A DNA stretch of 64,000 bases from an uncultured archaeon. GTDB taxonomy: Archaea; Iainarchaeota; Iainarchaeia; Iainarchaeales; VGJJ01. The number at the start of each line of letters is the position of its first letter. Within the stretch, counting starts at the first letter, position 1. Shown here piece after piece: positions 55,401 to 64,000 of this stretch. The stretch spans positions 34,552 through 98,551 of the forward strand of contig CAYRUV010000001.1 of the NCBI GenBank assembly GCA_964427715.1, read 5' to 3'. A program made the position numbers and the translations under genes. The notes under the pieces were generated by a model. That model saw only the letters and a list, made by a program, of their open reading frames with translations. It was not told the DNA's origin and made no database searches.

Positions 55401-55811
55401 ATGCCTGCCTCCTCGCATCGTCCGGTTCACCCTCTCTTTGCGGGAGGGATGATTCTTCTATTTCTCGCCTTGGGTTTTCTCCTCTCAACGAGTCCCACTC
55501 TCACGGGGAACGTGGGGGCAGGGGCGATTTCAACCACGAGTCCCAGCGGTGTGTATCTCCAGCACACCGGATTAGGATTGTTGGATCTTTCCGAGCAGTT
55601 GGATTTCTCCAAACGCTACACGCCACAAGAGGCCACCCAATTGATGAAGGGTGCGACGGAGCGAAGAGAACCGGCAATCGTATTCTATTGCGGTCCCGTC
55701 GTGGTAGGAGAAGCGGGTCGTAATTATTGTTTCAAAGTACGAGAGGACGTGAAGGAATACTGGGTGCGTGAATATTCCAACGCGTTGACTCGAGTGGGGG
55801 AATCAAATTGA
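55401..55811 (+). CDS. Membrane-anchored hypothetical protein
   Basis: N-terminal TM helix followed by PTLTGNV; overlaps the next gene. Confidence 0.65.
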   Translation: MPASSHRPVHPLFAGGMILLFLALGFLLSTSPTLTGNVGAGAISTTSPSGVYLQHTGLGLLDLSEQLDFSKRYTPQEATQLMKGATERREPAIVFYCGPVVVGEAGRNYCFKVREDVKEYWVREYSNALTRVGESN

Positions 55812-57553
55812 ATTCTTTCTCCTCTTCTTTTTTCATCGTTCTCGCGTTGTCATTGTTCACGGGATATTTGTTCGGCTCGTCTGTTTTAGTGCAGGGACAG
55901 ATTCTCGACAACGCGTGGGATGGCGTGGTCGAAACCCTTGATACCGTGGGGGACGTGACGGTTGGAATCGGAGGGGCGTTGGTGGGGGGACCGTATGGGA
56001 TTGCGGCTGCGGGATCCGAGGTCATTTGTTTTGCGGCCGAGGAATGTTTGGATGCCGAAGGGGGATCGGGTTTCTTCTTGACGGCTGCTCAAGGGTTGCG
56101 TAATTGTATTTGTCTTCCCAAGGATTTGCTGGCCGAAGCGGTGGATGAGGGGTTGGGTTTCGCCTACACGTGTGAAGACTCCCCTGCCCCCGCGTGCGGA
56201 GGAACATGTCCGCCCGGACAAACCTGTAATGTGGAGCGCGGACTATTAGGCGATTTGACGGGTGATTGTGATTGTGTCGATCCCGAGGGTCCCGTGACGA
56301 ATCCGGGCGGCGGAACTCCTTCCGAAAGCCCCTCCCTTGCGTGTGAGAGTGCGGAGATTCCCACGCTCGGGAGAATGTTAGAGGACTTGGAAGCCACCGG
56401 GCAATCCTATTCGGATTTCTTCCCGATTGGAGCCAGCATGGAAGAAGGATACGAGAACATGGCGGATGCATGGTGCCTGTTACACGTGTGTGAGGATGAG
56501 AGTAATGCGTGCGGGGAAACAGTTGATTCGTATTGCTACCACGTGAATCCCACCGACAAGTTTTGTGATTGTGTCGCGGAGGACGGGGGAAATTGCGGTC
56601 CCGGGACCAGTGGAGGAGGGCCCATTACTCCTGGAGGAAACGGTCCGATTACTCCCGGTGGGGGCGGCGGTCCTATTACTCCCGGCGGCGGAGGTCCCAC
56701 CACTCCTCCGTGGCAAGCCTCGGCATGTGCGGATGCGCAGTGGGATAATCCGTATGGAATCGATGATGAGGTCGAGGACTACTTGACGGGAATCGGACAA
56801 GATCCTTCCCAATGGACTCCGGGTCCCGGCACGGTGAACCTCATTGATTTGTTCAACACATTGTGTTCCACGAAACACTGTCCGGCCATGTCCGGAGTCT
56901 CCTGCGCGGAACAGCCTCAATGTAAAGTCAAGGCCAATTTGAAAGGGTGTTACTGCACGGAAGGCAGCGGCTGCTCAGGTCCTGTCACTCCGAGCGGGGG
57001 GCCCATTACTCCCAACGGGGGCACCGGTCCCTCAACCCCGCCCGGTGGGGGTCCCGTGACTCCGGGTGGTGGAGGCAGTCCAGGTCCCACCACGGGGTAC
57101 ACGTATGGCGGGGCGTGCGCCGGTTCTCCCACCAGCTCCACTAATACTATCTATGAATTAATGGTGGCCGCGGGAGTAGACATGTCTTCCTTCAATAGCG
57201 GGGGGCAGTTTGATCAAGGATTGATGAAGGAAGGGTACTGCAATGCCAAGTCTTGCCCCTCATCGGATGCTTCGTGTAGTGCCACGTGCGTGAATAATTC
57301 AACGAAGGAAGAATGCGAGTGTGAAGGGGGAGATTGCGCAGGGCCCATTGATGGGGGATGCCGCTACCCGCACCCTACGGATCCCACCACGTGTTTGGAT
57401 CGCTACTTTGAAGAGTGCCGCGCCGGGGGAGGGTGCGAATTCCCTACGGGTGGAGAGGGCGGTTCTACTGTTGTCGTGTCCGACTCGGAAGTGGGTGAGG
57501 GATTCATTGACAATTGGTTCGAAAAATTCAAGGGATTGCTAGGGTTGGAATAA
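55808..57553 (+). CDS. Cys-rich secreted protein with GGP(I/V)TPGG linker repeats
   Basis: TTG start, signal/TM segment, repeated Cys modules. Confidence 0.8.
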   Translation: MNSFSSSFFIVLALSLFTGYLFGSSVLVQGQILDNAWDGVVETLDTVGDVTVGIGGALVGGPYGIAAAGSEVICFAAEECLDAEGGSGFFLTAAQGLRNCICLPKDLLAEAVDEGLGFAYTCEDSPAPACGGTCPPGQTCNVERGLLGDLTGDCDCVDPEGPVTNPGGGTPSESPSLACESAEIPTLGRMLEDLEATGQSYSDFFPIGASMEEGYENMADAWCLLHVCEDESNACGETVDSYCYHVNPTDKFCDCVAEDGGNCGPGTSGGGPITPGGNGPITPGGGGGPITPGGGGPTTPPWQASACADAQWDNPYGIDDEVEDYLTGIGQDPSQWTPGPGTVNLIDLFNTLCSTKHCPAMSGVSCAEQPQCKVKANLKGCYCTEGSGCSGPVTPSGGPITPNGGTGPSTPPGGGPVTPGGGGSPGPTTGYTYGGACAGSPTSSTNTIYELMVAAGVDMSSFNSGGQFDQGLMKEGYCNAKSCPSSDASCSATCVNNSTKEECECEGGDCAGPIDGGCRYPHPTDPTTCLDRYFEECRAGGGCEFPTGGEGGSTVVVSDSEVGEGFIDNWFEKFKGLLGLE

Positions 57554-57585
57554 AAGGGATTTCCACGCCTACTTTTTCCATTCCT

Positions 57586-58086
57586 ATGCCCTCTCTCACG
57601 TCGCACTATTACCGGGATCACTATCGCCCCATTCAGTGGGAGAAATACACGCAGGGGTGGCCGCTCATCAAAACCCATTTGCCCAAAACCATCCCTTCCA
57701 TGCTGGACCTAGGAATCGGATACGGGTGGTGGGAGGAGTTTTTGGAGGAGAAGAAAATTCACGTTTCCCAGATTGTAGGGGCTGACTTGAACGAAGAAGC
57801 GGTTTCTCCTCGGAAGAAAAAAATCGAATATCATTTGGGTCCTTCTTTTCAAACTAAGGAAACCTTTGACCTGGTGGTTTGTTGGGACGCGTATCATTTA
57901 CTTGGTAAATCAACCACTAATTTGTGGAAGTGGGTCAAGCCCAATGGATTGCTCCTCGTCTCCGAGCCAAAGCCCTTCGCACACTTCCTAGACTCCGTGT
58001 CAAAGAAAGGAGAAATATTGGCGGATGCGTGGGTGGGTAAAACGGAGCAGAGCCGGTTCCTCATCGCGCGGAAAAATATTCTCTAG
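57586..58086 (+). CDS. Class I SAM methyltransferase
   Basis: MLDLGIGYG, GADL, FDLVVC, VKPNG. Confidence 0.82.
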   Translation: MPSLTSHYYRDHYRPIQWEKYTQGWPLIKTHLPKTIPSMLDLGIGYGWWEEFLEEKKIHVSQIVGADLNEEAVSPRKKKIEYHLGPSFQTKETFDLVVCWDAYHLLGKSTTNLWKWVKPNGLLLVSEPKPFAHFLDSVSKKGEILADAWVGKTEQSRFLIARKNIL

Positions 58087-58231
58087 ATCTACCATCAGAT
58101 TGGTTCTTCCGTTTGATTAATTCCCTTCAATATGTTCTGCCATTGATTTTCCTTCATGGCGGAATCGCGGGTTCCAACGTGTTAATTGTACAACTATGCA
58201 GATATGTTCATTGAACAAAAGGGGGAAAAGT

Positions 58232-58399
58232 ATGAGTGTGTGGATTGTGGATGTGCCAATGGACGTGGATCAGAAGTTTCGAAATATCGTCGAGCGAAAA
58301 TACGGTCCTGGGGAACAGGCCGTGGAGTTGGTTCTCCACGAACTCATGAAAGAATGGGTCGGGAAGCAGAGGAAGGGAAAGGAGAAGATGGCAACATAA
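58232..58399 (+). CDS. Small ribbon-helix-helix-like protein
   Basis: IVDVPMDVDQKFR....KYG......L.ELMKEWV pattern. Confidence 0.55.
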   Translation: MSVWIVDVPMDVDQKFRNIVERKYGPGEQAVELVLHELMKEWVGKQRKGKEKMAT

Positions 58400-58469
58400 C
58401 AACATTGGGCTTTCACTTTTCCTGCCTTAATGCGATTTCTTTTTATACCGCCAAACTCTACCATGCAAC

Positions 58470-59228
58470 ATGATGCGGAATAAGACGGGAATCCAGGGCC
58501 TCGATAAAGCCCTCAACGGGGGATTTCCAGAGGGAAATCTCGTATTGTTGTCAGGCGGAGCCGGAACTGGAAAATCGACGATTTCCTTGCAGTATTTGGT
58601 TAATGGGGCGCAATTGTTTGGGGAGCGAGGGCTGTACATTTCCACCGAACAGACGGAAGAAGAGATGCAGAAGGCCGCCTCACAATATGGGTGGAATCTG
58701 ACCGATTTAGAGAACAGGAACCTTCTTCGAATTGTTTATTTCAAAGTGTTGGGCGAAGATCATTTCATTCAACGAATAGAAGAGATGGTCGAGACGTTCA
58801 AACCCAAGCGAATCGTAGTAGATTCACTTACCACCTTAACGGATTCCATGATGATGTCGGAATTGCAGAAAGATGTGGGTGTTTCGCTCATCAAGATTGC
58901 GGACACTGTTTCTCCTATTCAACGGACTGAGCAAATCATGAGTAAGATTATTTTGTACAATTTAGTAAACAAGTTGAAAGAGTTTAATGCCACAGTCATG
59001 CTGACATCCGAATTACCTGAAGGATTGCAGCGCCTTTCTGCAGACGGAGTGACTGAGTTTGTCACGGACGGGGTCATTACGCTTGAAAATTTGGTGGTAG
59101 GTCAATCGGCTTTCCGTACTTTGCGTATTCGCAAGATGCGATACACTGATCACGAGAAAACGAGCAAAAACTACTCTTTATCGGCAAAAGGCGTGATTGT
59201 GGAAGAAAGTTCGGGATTAGGCTTATAG
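58470..59228 (+). CDS. Single-domain KaiC/RAD55-like ATPase
   Basis: KTGI.GLD, GGAGTGKS, RIVVDS, EFVTDGVI, IRKMR. Confidence 0.92.
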   Translation: MMRNKTGIQGLDKALNGGFPEGNLVLLSGGAGTGKSTISLQYLVNGAQLFGERGLYISTEQTEEEMQKAASQYGWNLTDLENRNLLRIVYFKVLGEDHFIQRIEEMVETFKPKRIVVDSLTTLTDSMMMSELQKDVGVSLIKIADTVSPIQRTEQIMSKIILYNLVNKLKEFNATVMLTSELPEGLQRLSADGVTEFVTDGVITLENLVVGQSAFRTLRIRKMRYTDHEKTSKNYSLSAKGVIVEESSGLGL

Positions 59229-59265
59229 ATGGTTTTACGGGAGTCTGGCTAAGGATGTGCCAATT

Positions 59266-59880
59266 ATGACCCCGGAAGAAATCATCTTCTCTTCGGCTGC
59301 AGTTTATTTTCCTTTTTTCATCGCCTCCTACATGGTTTTGGGTGGCGGAATTAAGTACATCGACGATGCGTTTGACGAAAAAACGTATAGCAAAATGAAA
59401 GCTATTCTTCTTGCACCCGTCATCGCGATATTCTGGGTCTTCCTCATGTATCTTTCTCCGGCCTCAGCAACTATTCTAGGGGCCATTTTCCTCGCTGTAT
59501 TATTCCGAAACAAGGTGGACAATATTGGTTTTCACGTTGGGGCTATTGCTATATTCTGTGGATTAGCTGCTCTTTACCTATTCAAGATTATTCATTTCGA
59601 CTGGGGTCCCCTCGTCTTCTTGACCATTGCAGGGGTGCTGGATGAGGTTGGAAACGACTACGTGGATAATCATCCTCACATCAACAAATGGATCTATCTC
59701 TTTTTCGAATACCGCTTCGTAATGAAAGTGGCTGTCTTCCTGCTAGTAGCATGGGGTATCTACGGCTTTGAGTATTTCTTGGCCTTCATTGGGTTTGATT
59801 TGGCTTATGCTACGATTGGGGCGTATTCGGCCAAGCTCAAGAAGCACCATAAATATAGCCTTAATAACTTCCACCTCTGA
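59266..59880 (+). CDS. Polytopic membrane protein with two Asp-rich motifs
   Basis: About six TM helices; KYIDDAFD and LDEVGNDYVD. Confidence 0.8.
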   Translation: MTPEEIIFSSAAVYFPFFIASYMVLGGGIKYIDDAFDEKTYSKMKAILLAPVIAIFWVFLMYLSPASATILGAIFLAVLFRNKVDNIGFHVGAIAIFCGLAALYLFKIIHFDWGPLVFLTIAGVLDEVGNDYVDNHPHINKWIYLFFEYRFVMKVAVFLLVAWGIYGFEYFLAFIGFDLAYATIGAYSAKLKKHHKYSLNNFHL

Positions 59881-59888
59881 CTAGGTGC

Positions 59889-60260
59889 ATGGCCACGAAG
59901 ACTGAGCTCATCACCCTCGAGCTCCAGAACCTTCTCCAGCTTGAAGATGTGCTTGCCTGCATGCTGGCCAAAAAAGGTCTCGGTGGAGTAGTGCCGGCTA
60001 ATCAAAAAATAAAGGATTCCGGGCTCTTCAAGCTGATTTTGGATACCACTAATGATCTATTCGACACGATTGGAAAGTTCTATGATTACAAGCTCGACAG
60101 GCTGAATATGGAACTGTCCGAATATACAATACTCCTTGCACCAGTGTCGAGGGAGTTTGCTCTGGTTGTACTAGTGCCTGCACTTGCAAATCAGGGACTA
60201 CTCGACATTGAGATAGAAAACACCAGAAGAAGGATTACTCTTATATTGAATCAATCATAG
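59889..60260 (+). CDS. Roadblock/LC7-like protein
   Basis: Helix, VLACMLAKKG strand, helix, three strands, NQGLL..EIE helix. Confidence 0.65.
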   Translation: MATKTELITLELQNLLQLEDVLACMLAKKGLGGVVPANQKIKDSGLFKLILDTTNDLFDTIGKFYDYKLDRLNMELSEYTILLAPVSREFALVVLVPALANQGLLDIEIENTRRRITLILNQS

Positions 60261-60269
60261 TGTGCAAGC

Positions 60270-61445
60270 ATGGAGCACACCTGTGATGTATTAGTAGTTG
60301 GTGCAGGGCCTGCTGGATCTTCCGCGGCCGCAACTTGTGCCAAAAATGGGCTAAAAACAATACTTGTAGAAAAGAATCATTCTCCTGGTGAAAATATTCA
60401 ATGCGCGGAAACTATAAGCCAATATTTACTTGACCAACTGCACTTCAAGATACCTACAAAACTTCTGAATTGGAAGTTAGACGGCATGAAATTTTGGACT
60501 CGTAATCTAGAACTCTTCAATTATACCAGCGAATGGCAAGGGTATAACATTTCGCGCTCAATATTTGATAAATGGGTTGCGGATAGAGCTGTGAAAAATG
60601 GGGCAAAAGTTTTTTGCAGTTCCAAAGTAGTTGGACTTGAACACGACTCAAATAATTTTATTAATGAGGTTCACATTCGGCAAAATGACTCTGTTTCCAT
60701 TATCTCTCCAAAGTACGTAATAGCAGCAGATGGTGTGCATTCAACAATAGCCAGGAGGATGGGAACTTTCAAAAAGAAAAAGAATTCAATAGGTTCGGTC
60801 TTGGCATTCGATATTGATAACATTTCATTAGATCACCCGAGGCTCGATCAGATATTTTTTGGGGACTTTGCCCCATCTGCCTATGCATATATTATGCCAA
60901 AAAGTAAAAATACTGCAGGAATCGGAGTTGGGACTAGTATTGATAGGCGGAGAGGTAAACTGGAAGACTATTTTTTTCAATTTACTAATCTGCCGTCAAT
61001 AAAAAATCAACTTAATAAATTCAAGATTATCGACGAAAAGTCTGGCGATGCCCCCATTTCGAGTTCTATTGGCAAGGTGGCTACTGGAAATGTTGCCTTT
61101 TGTGGGGATTCAGCGAATCAAAACATAAAACCATTTTTAGAGGGAATTTTGCCAGGCATAATATGCGGGGATGAGACGGCTAAATATGTTTTTTCGCAGT
61201 TTACAAAAGATGCTCGCCTCAGCGGAACTGATTTGCAATTGCGAATTGACAAACGTTTGCCACTTATCTCCGAATCTAATCAGATAAACTCCGTTATACA
61301 AAGTGAAAGTAAAATAAGTCCTGATATTAAAGATTTAATAAGTATGGGAATTTTTTCAGGCAGAATTAATCCAGGAGAAGTTAACACTTTTTTAGAAATG
61401 AATGAATCTGAAATAGTTTCCAATTTACGATCGAAGAAAAGATAA
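60270..61445 (+). CDS. Geranylgeranyl-reductase-family flavoprotein (AT-rich gene)
   Basis: VVGAGPAGS, QCAE, RSIFD, AADG, YAYIMP, GDSANQ, EGI. Confidence 0.9.
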   Translation: MEHTCDVLVVGAGPAGSSAAATCAKNGLKTILVEKNHSPGENIQCAETISQYLLDQLHFKIPTKLLNWKLDGMKFWTRNLELFNYTSEWQGYNISRSIFDKWVADRAVKNGAKVFCSSKVVGLEHDSNNFINEVHIRQNDSVSIISPKYVIAADGVHSTIARRMGTFKKKKNSIGSVLAFDIDNISLDHPRLDQIFFGDFAPSAYAYIMPKSKNTAGIGVGTSIDRRRGKLEDYFFQFTNLPSIKNQLNKFKIIDEKSGDAPISSSIGKVATGNVAFCGDSANQNIKPFLEGILPGIICGDETAKYVFSQFTKDARLSGTDLQLRIDKRLPLISESNQINSVIQSESKISPDIKDLISMGIFSGRINPGEVNTFLEMNESEIVSNLRSKKR

Positions 61446-62681
61446 TGTGTTAAAACTCTCATTTGTGTGTCTGTCAGTCGTTTCAGGAGAGAAGTAATCC
61501 TCTCCCATAGTAAATGCAATAAAATAATCGGAATTTAATTTATTGAATTGTGCTCTCATCATACTTATTTTACGCCCAAGGGTTGAAATCCATGATACAC
61601 ACCCAATGCCAAAAACAAATAGTGGGTTGTCATCGTTTAGTTTATCTATCAGGTTGAACGCTTCTTCTTTTAACTTCCCACCAGAGGATGTCAGCAGCTC
61701 GATTTTATTGCCTTTTATTCCGTGGGAAAAGTAAAATGAATTGCCCAGAACTCCTCCTACTGCCATCGGGCACATAAAGTTAACTTTGTCTCGATATCCA
61801 AACGGGATGAAAAATGTTTTTTTATGAAGCTTTTCATCGATGCGATCCAAGGGGATGCCGGTAACTTCACAGAATTTAGATATCGCAGGCATTCCTTCTA
61901 TTTCGCTAATAATTCGGCCATCTGTACTCATTTTAGTGACTGTCAATATTTTTCCTGTAGCGTCATACCCGTGAATTGTCCTGATCTTTGTTTTCATATC
62001 AACAAATTGGAGTGCAACTGTTGAGTTTTTCTGAACTCTTTCAGAAAAAAACTCATATGCATCCAATACTTTATTATCGTCGCATGTTGATCCACCTATA
62101 ATATTACTGGTTGCATTAAATTTTGAATATCCTTCGATTACTTCTTCTTCTCTACCAAACCCCATTTGAAAATTTTCAGTTGAAAATTTCATCATACTTC
62201 TTAAAATGGCTGAAAATGGTGCTGATTTTACAACAAATTTTTCGCCTACAATTGGCATTCGAGGGCGAATGGGGCCAGATGTAAATTCTATTATCGAATT
62301 ATTATTCCCTTTATCAAAATCCTTTGAAGCCTCCAAAATTGCATTTCCTGGATTTTTTTTCGTGTTCGACCCTGTTCCTGATTTTATTTTCCCAGGAGGG
62401 GCAGAAAAAACGACAACTGCAACACCACGTGTAAATTCACCTTCTCGAGACATGAACCCTGCGATTGTTCCCCCAATCAACTGAGTGTTTTTTTCTTTGA
62501 AGAATCTGATTTTATTGAACATTTTTTGGAATCCATTGTTAGACTTATAATGAATTGTGCATAGAAGAAGTATTGCAGTAATGTTGCCGCTAACTTTTGA
62601 AATGGCTAGTTTCGCAGCTTCATCAGTGGCATTTTCTGGCAAAAGGTTTGTACTAATTCCAACTCCTACTTGCATGTCCAT
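61425..62681 (-). CDS. FIST-domain sensory protein (AT-rich gene)
   Basis: VGVGIS, LIGGTIAG, IIGGS..DD, HGY..TG, VTK, I.EI.G.PA, F.GE. Confidence 0.85.
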   Translation of the reverse strand: MDMQVGVGISTNLLPENATDEAAKLAISKVSGNITAILLLCTIHYKSNNGFQKMFNKIRFFKEKNTQLIGGTIAGFMSREGEFTRGVAVVVFSAPPGKIKSGTGSNTKKNPGNAILEASKDFDKGNNNSIIEFTSGPIRPRMPIVGEKFVVKSAPFSAILRSMMKFSTENFQMGFGREEEVIEGYSKFNATSNIIGGSTCDDNKVLDAYEFFSERVQKNSTVALQFVDMKTKIRTIHGYDATGKILTVTKMSTDGRIISEIEGMPAISKFCEVTGIPLDRIDEKLHKKTFFIPFGYRDKVNFMCPMAVGGVLGNSFYFSHGIKGNKIELLTSSGGKLKEEAFNLIDKLNDDNPLFVFGIGCVSWISTLGRKISMMRAQFNKLNSDYFIAFTMGEDYFSPETTDRHTNESFNTLSFLRS

Positions 62682-62893
62682 TCCATTCCAATTTATCGAT
62701 TCCTAATAAACATACCTGAATAATATGCTATATTTTAGAATTTTTTTATCAACAAGTTTGCGAAATCCTTATTTTTCATTACAGTTGCTTTAATGTCCAT
62801 CTGTGGTTCGTCCTTAAGTCCGAATTCCCCAAAACAATCCTCTAGATTTTTCCCTTCATGTGCTTTTAAGCAGGGGTCTGCGACTCAACTATC

Positions 62894-63853
62894 CTACTTT
62901 TTCTCCAATCCAATATAGCATTCGCGCCGTGCGAACCACGAGTTTCCGACGTGAACAACGGTCCACTTTCCTAGTTTTTGTCCCATTTTGGGAATGGCTT
63001 CGAAGTCTTTCCCCTGGAGGATTTTCTGGGTGAGGATGGCATGAGTGGCTCCGGGGTTCTTTTTGTCGAAATTCAGGAATATTTTCTGCGCGTGGGCCGG
63101 ATTCACGTTGATGTCCATGACGATGAAGTCAACATTCTGTTTGAGCTTGGGGGCATTTTCGGCCTTTTCGTGAACATAGGTGACCTTCTTATTTTTCTGG
63201 AGTTTCTTATCCAAAAGGGTGCGATCGATGGCCGTGATATGAGCGGCGCCTTCCTGGAGTAATAGTTGGGTCCACCCTCCCGTGCCGCATCCTAAATCGG
63301 CTCCTCGTTTCCCTTTGGGGTCAAAGTGGAACTTGTGGAGGAGGAATCGGAGCTTTTGTCCACTGCGCGTGACGAATCCATTTTCTGTGACGCGGTAATC
63401 CATGGGGGCGAATACATGCTGGGTGATGGATAAAGGCTGCGTGGTCACGAACAACTCTTTCCCATTTTGTATAACGAACCAAATGCGTTCCTCATTGTGG
63501 GGATTCATTTTCACCCCTTTCTTTTCCAATGCTATTCCAAGTTTGACCTCTACATCTCTCCCCGTGAGAGTGGGGTGGTTGAGAACCCATGCTCGCAGGG
63601 CATAGGTGTTTGTTTGGAGTGATTTTTTCTGGATGTACTGTTTGATTTCCGTTTCGCTTTTGCACTTTTGGACTGGTTGAGCGGAAATGAGGAAGGGTTG
63701 GATGTCCTTCTTGAGGAATAGCTTGTCTTCCGCGCGCGCGAGGAATGTTTTTTCCCTCAGAAACGTGGGTTTGAGCTTGTTGGTTGTGAGAAACTCATCA
63801 AGTTTTCTCGAGAAAGAAGGGTTGAATGAGACAATGTGCCAGTGTTTGACCAT
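62894..63853 (-). CDS. THUMP plus FtsJ-like (RlmM/TlyA-type) RNA 2'-O-methyltransferase
   Basis: RSGQKL, DLGCGTGGWT, MDIN, TQK, RRE (K-D-K-E tetrad). Confidence 0.78.
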   Translation of the reverse strand: MVKHWHIVSFNPSFSRKLDEFLTTNKLKPTFLREKTFLARAEDKLFLKKDIQPFLISAQPVQKCKSETEIKQYIQKKSLQTNTYALRAWVLNHPTLTGRDVEVKLGIALEKKGVKMNPHNEERIWFVIQNGKELFVTTQPLSITQHVFAPMDYRVTENGFVTRSGQKLRFLLHKFHFDPKGKRGADLGCGTGGWTQLLLQEGAAHITAIDRTLLDKKLQKNKKVTYVHEKAENAPKLKQNVDFIVMDINVNPAHAQKIFLNFDKKNPGATHAILTQKILQGKDFEAIPKMGQKLGKWTVVHVGNSWFARRECYIGLEKK

Positions 63854-63854
63854 A

Positions 63855-64000
63855 CTAATCCTCCTCGGTGATTCTCAAGTATTTTTTCAGTATTTTTTGA
63901 GACCCTTCCTTCTCTACGATTTCCCATGCTTTCTTGTAGGGAGGATTTTTCTGGCATCGTTGGATATCTCTTTCTTTTCGATTAGTGCCTCGGGATGTTT
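63855..64000 (-). CDS. Partial CDS (3' end only)
   Basis: Open frame ending ...PPYKKAWEIVEKEGSQKILKKYLRITEED-stop just before the next ATG; includes a GGAGGA SD. Confidence 0.5.
   Translation of the reverse strand, partial: TSRGTNRKERDIQRCQKNPPYKKAWEIVEKEGSQKILKKYLRITEED

Noticed and set aside
56600..57090. GGPITPGG DNA repeats considered as a possible CRISPR array
   Set aside because: In-frame coding repeats with synonymous variation, no unique spacers and no cas genes
58081..62847. 8-bp direct repeat CTCTAGAT at 58081-58088 and 62840-62847 flanking the KaiC-FIST locus
   Set aside because: An 8-bp match between two loosely defined boundary regions is expected by chance, and no recombinase is nearby

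Overview
Gene-dense archaeal chromosome segment. The likely source is a DPANN archaeon, possibly Diapherotrites/Iainarchaeota; this is inferred from gene content and protein style only. Housekeeping content includes an S-layer protein, TruD, aRF1, Dph2, uL16, Mre11, ADP-forming acetyl-CoA synthetase alpha, the TopoVI-KH-RIO1-aIF1A cluster, aIF2-beta, a presenilin-like protease, MCM, MetRS, aIF5A, MinD, an Sm protein, AlaX, TtuA, the eL15/RNase P/proteasome/exosome/RpoP/Pcc1/prefoldin superoperon and two tandem prenyl diphosphate synthases. There are three tRNA genes (Cys-GCA, Ala-GGC, Val-GAC). The most notable observations are: (1) exosome subunit Rrp4 carries a ~200-aa RGG-rich disordered tail, and Rrp41 has an acidic/His tail; (2) a KaiC ATPase / Asp-motif membrane protein / roadblock / GGR-family reductase / FIST locus, partly AT-rich, lies near V4R and prenyl synthase genes and is a candidate isoprenoid-linked signalling system; (3) a 770-bp integrase-less mini-island at tRNA-Cys has a 13-bp att duplication and carries a frameshifted HEPN-motif gene; (4) a ~127-nt candidate structured ncRNA is divergent from mcm; (5) several orphan genes encode Arg/Pro-rich N-terminal leaders; (6) there are unusual repeat-built surface proteins. 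No CRISPR array, rRNA gene, intein or transposase was seen. All family assignments come from motif recognition, not database searches.
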